32,000 bases of DNA from Candidatus Saccharimonadota bacterium (GCA_020160975.1 JAIUPJ010000001.1:270001-302000), one strand, 5' to 3'. Counted from the stretch's first letter, positions 24,496 to 32,000 are shown. Made by a program: numbers and translations. Notes: generated by a model from the letters alone, not told the origin.

Positions 24496-24738
24496 CTAAT
24501 CGTTCGCAAAGGTAAACCACTCTGGGTCTTTGGCGATATCTTGCTCCACACCCGTCCAAAATTGGTCAATACCCTGCACATCTGGCATGTCGACAAGTTC
24601 CCATGGCTTTTCAACCGATTGTTCAATATCCTGGATCAGCTCGTCTGGCTCAGACACCACAGGACTGAGCGCCATCGGCGACCGGAGCGACGCCATGTGC
24701 GGAAGGTGGAGGTGATGGGAGTGGTTGAGATGAAGCAT
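24496..24738 (-). CDS. Hypothetical small acidic protein with His-rich N-terminus (80 aa)
   Basis: The ORF is preceded by TTGACT-17 nt-TTATAT on the minus strand (about 24770-24798). I recognise no family. Confidence 0.4.
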   Translation of the reverse strand: MLHLNHSHHLHLPHMASLRSPMALSPVVSEPDELIQDIEQSVEKPWELVDMPDVQGIDQFWTGVEQDIAKDPEWFTFAND

Positions 24739-24909
24739 TTGTTTGTTTCTTTATGATACCTATCTATATAAGCATAAATGGTATGAAAAGTCAAGATGTA
24801 CTTTACATCAAGTCTTAGTCCACTCCTCTCGACGCACGGATTACTGTCACTTTACAGTGCAGAATGAAGGCACTGAGACATCACCCCTCTCTACCGTGCA
24901 CATTAGCCC

Positions 24910-25095
24910 CTATGGTTCTTGCGGAATAATAATCGCAAGCAGCAGATACGGCAAAACGCCCGGAAGACCACCAGGAAGCGCTAGCAACACAAACCCGATA
25001 CGGATAACCGTGGGGTCGATACCGAAGTATTTGCCGAGACCGCCGCAGACGCCAGCGATTTTCTTGTCGGATTTTGATCGATACAACTTCTTCAT
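24910..25095 (-). CDS. PspC-domain membrane protein (61 aa)
   Basis: MKKLYRSKSDKKIAGVCGGLGKYFGIDPTVIRIGFVLLAL is the PspC-domain signature. The start is ATG 25095. Confidence 0.8.
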   Translation of the reverse strand: MKKLYRSKSDKKIAGVCGGLGKYFGIDPTVIRIGFVLLALPGGLPGVLPYLLLAIIIPQEP

Positions 25096-25099
25096 AGCA

Positions 25100-25792
25100 C
25101 TAGTATACCGCGCTTTGGCACGACTCGACAAAAGCTCGATAGACATGAACACCGGTGAGGTCTGACTCAGGGTGCCACTGCATGCCGTAGTGTCCACGGA
25201 TTGTCATGGCCTCAACAATACCGTCGTCGGCTTTTGCGACAATCTCGGCACCCTCGGCAAGGCGTGCGACAGCCTGGTGATGCCGAGACGCCACCTGGCG
25301 CGATGAGCCCTCAGATATGCCGAGAAAATTCGCAACAAAATGCACCTCGTGCTCTGCACCAAAATGTTCGACCGTATCACCCACCTCGAGCGGGATATGT
25401 TGCATGAGATCGCCGCCGTAGTGGACATTGAGTCGCTGCATGCCATAACAAATACCTAGGATTGGCGTGCCTGCTGCGTCACAGGCCTCAATTAGCTCCG
25501 TCTCCCAGTCGAACCGCTCGGCCGGCTCTAACTTCACTACCTGCGCAATACGCTCTTGGCCGTAGCGGCTGGGGTCGACATCTGCCCCACCCGAAATAAT
25601 TACGCCGTCACAAAGCTCGATCACTTGCTGGACATCCATGTCTGGGCTAAGGATCACTGGCGTTGCGCCCACATTGCTGAGGGTGGCAAAATAATCGCGC
25701 CGCAAGAACAATCGCTTGACACCGTCTTGCCATGCGACACTCTCGCCGTCGTCAAAACTTGGCACTATGCCCAGAATTGGTTGTTTTGTCAT
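25100..25792 (-). CDS. Class-I glutamine amidotransferase-like hydrolase (peptidase C26 / gamma-glutamyl hydrolase family)
   Basis: The nucleophile elbow ILGICYGMQ and MQWHPE (catalytic His-Glu). SD GGGGAGGG is upstream. Confidence 0.78.
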   Translation of the reverse strand: MTKQPILGIVPSFDDGESVAWQDGVKRLFLRRDYFATLSNVGATPVILSPDMDVQQVIELCDGVIISGGADVDPSRYGQERIAQVVKLEPAERFDWETELIEACDAAGTPILGICYGMQRLNVHYGGDLMQHIPLEVGDTVEHFGAEHEVHFVANFLGISEGSSRQVASRHHQAVARLAEGAEIVAKADDGIVEAMTIRGHYGMQWHPESDLTGVHVYRAFVESCQSAVY

Positions 25793-25807
25793 GCACCCTC
25801 CCCAGTG

Positions 25808-28800
25808 TTATTGTTTTTCGAGTGTAATATAGAGTTCTGCGCCATCGATACACACAACCTCAACATCTCCAGTATCAACCGGTCCAAGGTTAGCTGCAAG
25901 CGTCTCGGCCATAATTGTGTCTTGGTGCTCTTCGATCGCTTTGTTCAATTCGGCATTCTCAGTGGTGAGCGAGAGCGAAATTCGATCGTCGACATTGAGT
26001 CCAGTACTCTTGCGTGTATTTTGGACATAGCGAATCACCTCGCGCATCATGCCCTCACGCTTCAGCTCTGGCGTAAGCGCTTCATCCAGTGCTACTTCCT
26101 TGCCCTTTTTCACTGCTTTGACATTCAGCTCATCGAGTAAAATCAGGGTGAAATCAAAGGCCTCACCAAGCTCTGGCACAGTCACACTTGCAAGTGGCTG
26201 ACGAACCTTCAGTCCCGATTTTGCACGCAAGCTTAATCCTTGATTTACATAATCACGTACTTTCTCCATATCGTTCATGACCAGCTCATTTACCTCGCCT
26301 GCTGCCGGCCAGTCCTTAAGGTGGATTGATTCGGTGTCACCTGTCATTTGGCGATACAGTTCCTCAGCGAGAAACGGCGTAAATGGCGCTAGTATGTATG
26401 CGAGACGAACTAAGACGTAATGAAGCGTCTTGTAGGCATCATTTTTGTCATCACCCTCATCTGACTTCCAGAAGCGACGGCGGCTGCGACGGACAAACCA
26501 GTTGCTGGCATCGTCGAGGAATGGCAGTATCGGTGTCATGGCGTCGGGAATATTGTAGGCATCCATGTTTTTCTCGACTTCAGCGCTTAGTTGATGGAGA
26601 CGTGACACAATCCAGATATCGAGTGGGTTTCTCAGTGTCTCGAGCGGGTCTCTTAGCTCTCCGTCAAACTCCCAGCCATCAACCTCTGCGTACATAGTGA
26701 AGAAATCATACATATTCCAGACCATCGATAGTTTGCGCGCGACGTCGCCGACTTCTTTATCCTGAAGCGCAAAGTCTTCACCATTGAGAAGCGGGCTCGA
26801 CAGAAGCAAGAACCTGAGTGAATCGGCCGAGAATTTGTCCATCAACTCGTTCGGATCGGTGAAGTTACCGAGCGACTTACTCATTTTGCGGCCGTCATTA
26901 CCAGCAACAACCCCAGTTGAAATCACATTACTAAACGCCTGCTCGCCAAACAGCGCCGTATTAATAGTGTGAACATAGTAGAACCACGCGCGCACCTGGC
27001 CAATGTACTCAACGATAAAATCACCCGGGTAATTTGCCTCAAACTTCTCTTTGTTTTCGAACGGATAATGAAACTGGGCAAACGGCATCGATCCCGACTC
27101 AAACCAACAGTCAAGCACCTTGTCGATACGCGTGAAATGCTCACCATCGATGTCAAAGGTGATGTCGTCAACCCACGGACGGTGGTAATCCTCGAGCTCC
27201 ACGCCACTGAGTTCTTTGAGTTCAGCGTAACTACCGATAACTTTCACTGTACCTCTGTCACCCTTCCAAACCGGCATCGCCGTTGCCCAAAAGCGGTCGC
27301 GACTGAGGTTCCAATCTGGTGCTTGCTCGATATTTTTTGCAAAGCGACCATGCTTTAGGTGTGCTGGGAACCAGTTGATGTTTTCATTTTGCTCAAGCAT
27401 TAGTGGCTTGGAACCCTGCACGTCAAAGAACCAGCTCGGGATAGCGCGGTACATGATGCGCTGTTTTGAACGCGGATTGAACGGATATTCGTGGCGGATG
27501 TATTCGGTTTTCCAGACCACGCCGGCTTTTTCTAGGCCCTTGGCGATGTTTTTGTTATTATCCCAAACTTCCAGTGGCTTGGTGCTATCCACCCATGGCA
27601 TGAGCGCAAATAGTTGCTCGGCAACTTCTGGGAAATAGTAGCCGTTATCATCGAGCACATGCACGCGTGGAATGTTATTTTCCTGCGCCAGCACAAAGTC
27701 TTCCTCGCCGTAGATCGGCGACAAGTGCACAATACCCGTACCGGCTTCAGCTCCGACGTAGTCTGCCGACCAAACTTTGTGCGCATTGTCACCTTGATCG
27801 GCAAAAAGCGGCTCGTAACTCAGACCAACCAAATCTTCACCTTTGATTTCACGCACTACTGTATAATCTAGAGGCTGCTTCTTTTCATCAACAAACACCT
27901 TGGCTACCAAATCCTTGGCTACAATCAACTTCTCGCCGCCAACCTCAACTTCTGCATAAATAAATTTTTTATTCACCGCCAGCGCAGTGTTGCCTGGCAG
28001 TGTCCATGGGGTCGTCGTCCATGCCAGTAAGGCGACGTTAGTCTTCCAGTCATCGCCCAGCCGCTGCTTCAGCAACTCATATCGCTTTTTCGTATCTTCA
28101 TCGCTCAAAACTCGTGCGCGCTCACGCACTTCATAATCGTTATAAGAAACATTTTGCGCACCAAACTGCTCGCGCGTCAGGTCTATAACCTTGCCATCAA
28201 TAACATTGAAATAATGTCCAACCTCATTAACTTTTATCTTAGCGATTTCACCACCCAGCAAATCATTGACAAGAAGCGATGTAATTGCACATTGACCAGC
28301 CGACTTATTATCTTCACTCCACGCTGCTGTAGACTCGTGATGCGCCGTGTCCTGCGCCCAAACAATCCGCAAAGCTGACTTCAGTAAACTAACCTGGTCA
28401 AGTCGAAACTTCACATACGCACTCGGGTCCGTCACTGTCTGGTAGGCGTCATTATCCATGGTGACTTCATTTTTGCTGACCGGCGTGGCAAATCGCGTGT
28501 CATACATCAACACTTTTTCGCCTTCGTAGATTTTGCCTTTGTCATAGAGCTCTTTGAACGCCCACCAGACGCTTTCCATAAAATCTTTGTCCATGGTCTT
28601 GTAGGCACCCTGAAAATCGACCCAACGACCGACGCGATTAACAACGTCCTCCCAGGTTGCGGCATTGGCTACCATCGATTCGCGCGCTTTGGTGATATAT
28701 TCTTCGAGCGTAATAGTCGGCAACTCATTGCCATCACGGTCGAGTGGCGCCTTGGCATCAGGAGTGGTTACGATTTGACGACGATCGGTGATATTCAGTT

Positions 28801-29095
28801 GTTTCTCGACAAAATTTTCCGCTGGCAAACCGTGTGTATCCCAGCCCCAGACGCGCTCAACACGCTTGCCTTTCATCGTCCAGTACCGTGGCACGGCGTC
28901 TTTGACAATACTTGAGAGGAGTGTCCCATGGTGCGGCACCCCAGTAATAAAGGGTGGGCCGTCGTAAAAAACGTAGCTGTTATCTTTTGGCCGGTTTTCG
29001 ACAGATTTTTCAAACGTCTTGTCTTGTTTCCACTTCTGCACCCAATCTTTTTCGTACTCAAGCGCTCGTCTGCGGGTGTTAGCTTTAAATTTCAC
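25808..29095 (-). CDS. ileS: Isoleucyl-tRNA synthetase, type 2 (eukaryote-like), with an extra insertion of about 120 aa at the CP1 entry
   Basis: HIGH region PPFITGVPHHGT, WTTTPWTLPGN (editing domain) and KMSKS (GRKMSKSLGN). The GTG start at 29095 overlaps the nudix stop (GTGA). Confidence 0.93.
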   Translation of the reverse strand: MKFKANTRRRALEYEKDWVQKWKQDKTFEKSVENRPKDNSYVFYDGPPFITGVPHHGTLLSSIVKDAVPRYWTMKGKRVERVWGWDTHGLPAENFVEKQLNITDRRQIVTTPDAKAPLDRDGNELPTITLEEYITKARESMVANAATWEDVVNRVGRWVDFQGAYKTMDKDFMESVWWAFKELYDKGKIYEGEKVLMYDTRFATPVSKNEVTMDNDAYQTVTDPSAYVKFRLDQVSLLKSALRIVWAQDTAHHESTAAWSEDNKSAGQCAITSLLVNDLLGGEIAKIKVNEVGHYFNVIDGKVIDLTREQFGAQNVSYNDYEVRERARVLSDEDTKKRYELLKQRLGDDWKTNVALLAWTTTPWTLPGNTALAVNKKFIYAEVEVGGEKLIVAKDLVAKVFVDEKKQPLDYTVVREIKGEDLVGLSYEPLFADQGDNAHKVWSADYVGAEAGTGIVHLSPIYGEEDFVLAQENNIPRVHVLDDNGYYFPEVAEQLFALMPWVDSTKPLEVWDNNKNIAKGLEKAGVVWKTEYIRHEYPFNPRSKQRIMYRAIPSWFFDVQGSKPLMLEQNENINWFPAHLKHGRFAKNIEQAPDWNLSRDRFWATAMPVWKGDRGTVKVIGSYAELKELSGVELEDYHRPWVDDITFDIDGEHFTRIDKVLDCWFESGSMPFAQFHYPFENKEKFEANYPGDFIVEYIGQVRAWFYYVHTINTALFGEQAFSNVISTGVVAGNDGRKMSKSLGNFTDPNELMDKFSADSLRFLLLSSPLLNGEDFALQDKEVGDVARKLSMVWNMYDFFTMYAEVDGWEFDGELRDPLETLRNPLDIWIVSRLHQLSAEVEKNMDAYNIPDAMTPILPFLDDASNWFVRRSRRRFWKSDEGDDKNDAYKTLHYVLVRLAYILAPFTPFLAEELYRQMTGDTESIHLKDWPAAGEVNELVMNDMEKVRDYVNQGLSLRAKSGLKVRQPLASVTVPELGEAFDFTLILLDELNVKAVKKGKEVALDEALTPELKREGMMREVIRYVQNTRKSTGLNVDDRISLSLTTENAELNKAIEEHQDTIMAETLAANLGPVDTGDVEVVCIDGAELYITLEKQ

Positions 29096-29544
29096 TTTCC
29101 AGCTCCTTTCACGGCCGTTCTGGCTAATTCATTTTTAATTCTCTCGATAAACTCACCTTCCAGCAGTTGCTCCCATGGCTTAAATAGCGGCTCAGGCAAG
29201 CTACTGAAGTCTACCCACATTTGCGCAGTGCACTTATCCGGCTCCGTGATATAAGGCTCTCCGCTATGCCATTCGCTCATCGTCCACCAAGTTACGTAGT
29301 GCTTGCCATCATCAGAAAAATAGTCATTCGTAACTGCAGCAAACTTCACATCTTTAATGTCCATACCGGTTTCTTCAAGCACTTCTCTTTTTGAAGTCTC
29401 TTCCGGCGTCTCTCCAAACTCTAGATGTCCACCTGGAACACTCCAGCTGCCTTCGCCATGAGAACCTTGCCGCTGCTGCATTAAGAATTTTCCTTCTCGG
29501 AAGACAAAAGTACCAACACCAACTCGCACTTCTTGCTTGTTCAT
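29092..29544 (-). CDS. NUDIX hydrolase
   Basis: A complete Nudix box, GGHLEFGETPEETSKREVLEETGM (GX5EX7REUXEEXGU). The start is ATG 29544, with SD GGAGGA 4 nt upstream. Confidence 0.85.
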   Translation of the reverse strand: MNKQEVRVGVGTFVFREGKFLMQQRQGSHGEGSWSVPGGHLEFGETPEETSKREVLEETGMDIKDVKFAAVTNDYFSDDGKHYVTWWTMSEWHSGEPYITEPDKCTAQMWVDFSSLPEPLFKPWEQLLEGEFIERIKNELARTAVKGAGK

Positions 29545-29738
29545 TGATTCCTCCAAAAAAAACTTTTCTTTGACACTGGAGCCCGAGTTATCGGGTGGTA
29601 CCATCCAGTTTCCAAGAAAAGCTTCTTAGCACTTAGTTTGCTCGCTTTGTCGCAGCGAATCGCGGCAGGGTCTAATTTCTTTTTGCAGATTTCTTCCCGC
29701 TGGCTTGTGGGTGATAACCACTCAAACGCCTTGCCGTC
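29545..29738 (-). promoter_or_regulatory. T-box riboswitch leader, Ile-specific (AUC specifier), predicted translational (SD-sequestering) type
   Basis: All elements are on the minus strand. T-box sequence CUGGA-UGGUACC-A-CCCGA-UAAC-UCGGG-C-UCCAG (29608-29576): a 7-nt UGGUACC bulge between two helices, i.e. the canonical antiterminator. The 3' arm CUCCA (29581-29577) is complementary to UGGAG of the SD (29555-29551). A short Stem I hairpin GUGG-UUAUCAC-CCAC (29721-29707) shows AUC followed by A in the loop. A Stem III-like hairpin is AAGAA-GCUU-UUCUU (29627-29614). The promoter is TGGAAA-17 nt-TATACT (29767-29739). Confidence 0.75.
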
Positions 29739-29746
29739 AGTATAGC

Positions 29747-29780
29747 AAAAAGGCAGAGTTTTTTCCACCCTGCCTTTTTT
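29747..29780 (-). terminator. Intrinsic terminator after doxX
   Basis: On the minus strand: AAAAAAGGCAG-13 nt-CTGCCTTTTT. Confidence 0.65.
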
Positions 29781-29805
29781 CAAAGATCTAAGCTCTAAGA
29801 TCTAC

Positions 29806-30312
29806 TTACCAAATCCACTCATTCTTCTTGGCATAGCTATTTTGTAACCATTGGTTGATTAGACTCCACTTGCGTGGCGCGAGTGCAATCACCCACAAAA
29901 GAACCGCGTAGATCAGGTGATCGTCGATGATTGGATTGTTCTCAAGTGGCACTTCGGCTGCCCACATCATAAGGAGGAGTGCCGTACCAGCAACTGCTGC
30001 TACGCGCAGGCCAATACCAAAGATCAATGCCATGCCAATACCCAGAAGACCGAGCATAAATAGCCAGTCTACCAGCGGATTGCCAACAAGGCCATGGAAG
30101 AAATCAACCATTGGGCTCTTTTCATTGACACCGAACTGCAAGAACCCTGTGGTCGGCGATACCCCATCGAGCCATGCTTTGCCTTTCGGCGTCGCAAAAC
30201 CGAGTCCCATTGTCTTGTCCAGAAATGCCCACAAGAAGACAAATCCGAGCATCACCCGCGCAATTGCAAGTGCATACCATGCCTTTTCGTAGTTTACTGA
30301 TTTCTTAACCAT
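29806..30312 (-). CDS. DoxX-family membrane protein
   Basis: 168 aa, 4 TM segments, and an N-terminal ALAIARVMLGFVFLWAFLDK pattern typical of DoxX/DoxD-like proteins. Confidence 0.65.
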   Translation of the reverse strand: MVKKSVNYEKAWYALAIARVMLGFVFLWAFLDKTMGLGFATPKGKAWLDGVSPTTGFLQFGVNEKSPMVDFFHGLVGNPLVDWLFMLGLLGIGMALIFGIGLRVAAVAGTALLLMMWAAEVPLENNPIIDDHLIYAVLLWVIALAPRKWSLINQWLQNSYAKKNEWIW

Positions 30313-30399
30313 TGTATCCCTTCCCTTTTTACATTAATGGATATGCTTATACTGTACGCCTAACTAGCGAAAAAGAAAAGTACCTCTCGCACTAGCCAA

Positions 30400-30451
30400 A
30401 AGCTCTGTATCATTTTTTGTAACGGCCGTCACAAAAAATGATACAGAGCTT
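30400..30451. terminator. 52-bp near-perfect palindrome (long hairpin) downstream of the VKOR gene
   Basis: AAGCTCTGTATCATTTTTTGTAACGG | CCGTCACAAAAAATGATACAGAGCTT, with one A/C mismatch. On the minus strand it is followed by TTTGG. Confidence 0.5.
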
Positions 30452-30498
30452 ATACATAATATCCGGTATTGGCGCGAATAGCTAGCTGATGAAACAGT

Positions 30499-31128
30499 TT
30501 AAAATAACGCGTTGCCGTATTTGAAGATGATCGCAGCGATTAAGACAGTGACGACACTAAATAGCAAGACTTTGTCATAGCTTTTATCAATATATCTTTG
30601 TAGCGATGATACAAGTTTTTTCGGTAAATAAAGATTGTTCTCTCGGATGTTATAGCGGGTAATCGCAAACCACACAAATGTCGTGGTGGCTGTCACGAGC
30701 AAACACCACGGGCACAGCGCACCGATGACAAAAAAGCTCGTACCAAACAACCAAAATGCAAAGACCAAACCGAGAGTATAGCAAATTTGCGCCACAAACA
30801 TAAAGGCGCGCGGGAATTTCACACCAGCCAGACCGGCAATCGCAACGGTGATTACAACAGGCTCAGCGATCAGACCCAGGAAGCTATTGGGAAACCCAAA
30901 CATATGTGCAGACGGGTGTATGCCGACCGTCGCGCAGTTGAGAATAATATTGATACTACAACTTAGAACGGCATTGGGATTTTTGGCGAGTTCGATCGCC
31001 TCAACAGACAGGACAAATGAAGCAATCAGGCTACCGATCGCCCCTACCAGCATACTGGCAAATATCCAACGATTGTCGCGCAGCTTCTTGTCTTCGTGGG
31101 TAAAGTATGCCCTAGCCTTGTGTAGCAT
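30499..31128 (-). CDS. Vitamin K epoxide reductase (VKOR) family membrane protein
   Basis: A loop Cys pair (LSCSINIILNC) and the active-site CPWC in a TM helix (GALCPWCLLV). Confidence 0.8.
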   Translation of the reverse strand: MLHKARAYFTHEDKKLRDNRWIFASMLVGAIGSLIASFVLSVEAIELAKNPNAVLSCSINIILNCATVGIHPSAHMFGFPNSFLGLIAEPVVITVAIAGLAGVKFPRAFMFVAQICYTLGLVFAFWLFGTSFFVIGALCPWCLLVTATTTFVWFAITRYNIRENNLYLPKKLVSSLQRYIDKSYDKVLLFSVVTVLIAAIIFKYGNALF

Positions 31129-31378
31129 AGTAGCTTACCTCACTTATCATTGGCAGCGTTGCTCCTCGCCAGATATTTTGCAGCTGGCCGTCAGCACTGA
31201 GTGCCACAATCGTCGGGTACTCGACAATGTCGTAGGCTCGACAAAATGTTTCACCTTCGGTTGATTCGGGGTCAAGTACCTCAAGCACTTTGCCTGTTTG
31301 ACGGGCCAAGTCCCTCAAGAACATCTCAACGGCTCTCGAGTACTCAGTACCGTCTTTTGTGACAACTACCACGCGCAT
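31112..31378 (-). CDS. Hypothetical 88-aa protein, possibly thioredoxin-fold but without CxxC
   Basis: The pattern VVVVTKDG....AVEMFLRDL....VLEVLD......RAYDIVEYPTIVAL resembles a glutaredoxin/thioredoxin-like beta-alpha-beta layout. The redox position reads TEYS. It overlaps the VKOR start by 17 nt. Confidence 0.45.
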   Translation of the reverse strand: MRVVVVTKDGTEYSRAVEMFLRDLARQTGKVLEVLDPESTEGETFCRAYDIVEYPTIVALSADGQLQNIWRGATLPMISEVSYYATQG

Positions 31379-31379
31379 C

Positions 31380-31841
31380 CTAAAGACTCCTCTTGCTTTC
31401 GTCGCGCTGCTTGAGAATCTTCACAAAATCATCAAGCGTCTCAAACTTATGAAACACGCTAGCGAACCGTACGTAGGCGACTTCGTTGCAGGCAGCTAAC
31501 TCGTCGAGTACTAGCTCACCAATCTGGTGCGAGACTACCTCGCTTTCGCCAAGCTCGTACAGGCGTTCTTCGACATTGTTGATAATATTTTCAATTTCGA
31601 CTTCGGATTTGAAAAATTTACCGACTGAACGGCGAATCGCTGTGGCAAGCTTTTCACGGTCAAACAGTTCTCGGGCGCCATCCTTTTTGATCACTGCAAG
31701 GTGTGGATGCTCGATACGTTCATAAGTGGTAAATCGATGTTTGCCATCCATTGTTTCGCGGCGACGACGAATTGCAATGCCATCCGCCGACTCGCGCGAC
31801 TCTAGGACGCGGCTGTCACCAATCTTGTAATTTTGTGCCAT
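31380..31841 (-). CDS. nrdR: NrdR-like transcriptional repressor (ATP-cone) lacking the zinc-ribbon cysteines
   Basis: SRVLESR...DGIAIRRRRE....RFTTYERIE...VIKKDGARELFDREKL...VAYVRFASVF..F is collinear with NrdR. The start ATG 31841 follows SD AGGAAGGGG. Confidence 0.8.
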   Translation of the reverse strand: MAQNYKIGDSRVLESRESADGIAIRRRRETMDGKHRFTTYERIEHPHLAVIKKDGARELFDREKLATAIRRSVGKFFKSEVEIENIINNVEERLYELGESEVVSHQIGELVLDELAACNEVAYVRFASVFHKFETLDDFVKILKQRDESKRSL

Positions 31842-31856
31842 GCGCGCCGCCCCTTC

Positions 31857-32000
31857 CTAAGATTCTTCTGAGTGTTTTTTCTTCCGGCGGCGGAGAAATG
31901 CCGGCGTGTCATCATCGTCGTCTTTCTCGGCATGATTCCAGATATCACCCGTAGTTTCGCTTGCAAAGTGCTCGGCGGCATCGGTATGATTCAGATCCAT
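31857..32000 (-). CDS. ftsZ: Cell division protein FtsZ, C-terminal tail only (the gene continues beyond the window end)
   Basis: The reverse complement reads ...EKDDDDDTPAFLRRRKKKHSEES*. D-(I/T)-P-A-F-L-R-R is the conserved FtsZ C-terminal peptide. The frame stays open to position 32000. Confidence 0.65.
   Translation of the reverse strand: MDLNHTDAAEHFASETTGDIWNHAEKDDDDDTPAFLRRRKKKHSEES

Noticed and set aside
29541-29783. 80-aa minus-strand ORF (MKKGRVEKTLPF...)
   Set aside because: It coincides exactly with the T-box leader, terminator and promoter region. It has no SD and would start inside the doxX terminator.

Overview
The window is a compact, mostly minus-strand housekeeping region at roughly 48-50% GC by hand counts. 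Genes are tightly packed and often overlap at stop/start. The order is lysS', greA, proS, CPBP protease, rseP, uppS, frr, lipoprotein, recF, DAGK-like kinase, tsf, rpsB, rpmE, prfA, prmC, htrA, membrane protein, LCP, lepB, parB, parA, rplU, galU-like, pspC-domain, GATase, ileS, nudix, doxX, VKOR, nrdR, ftsZ'. Gene content points to a reduced Gram-positive-like genome, possibly Saccharibacteria/CPR-like; this is inference only. It rests on the T-box, LCP, VKOR, a type-2 IleRS, an INS-less ProRS and the absence of pyrH/cdsA from the tsf-frr cluster.

The main items worth a second look are:
1. A translationally coupled three-gene cassette (EcoRI-family-like N6-adenine methyltransferase, unknown 100-aa coiled-coil protein, DUF262-HNH nuclease) sits between rpsB and rpmE. 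It is a candidate non-canonical restriction/defence module.
2. A diverged, truncated second copy of the prfA 5' end lies 969 bp upstream of the real prfA. The two copies share a near-identical 35-nt core and bracket small membrane-protein cargo, which looks like an integration scar.
3. An Ile-specific T-box leader with a short Stem I and an SD-sequestering helix precedes a nudix-ileS operon.
4. IleRS carries an in-frame insertion of about 120 aa that looks like a whole small-protein domain.
5. A structured intergenic RNA of about 320 nt lies between greA and lysS. It has partial RNase P RNA-like motifs.
6. The NrdR homologue has lost all four zinc-ribbon cysteines.
7. Consensus -10 boxes recur 6-13 nt upstream of start codons with no SD, suggesting leaderless mRNAs.

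No rRNA, tRNA, CRISPR array, transposase or integrase was found.
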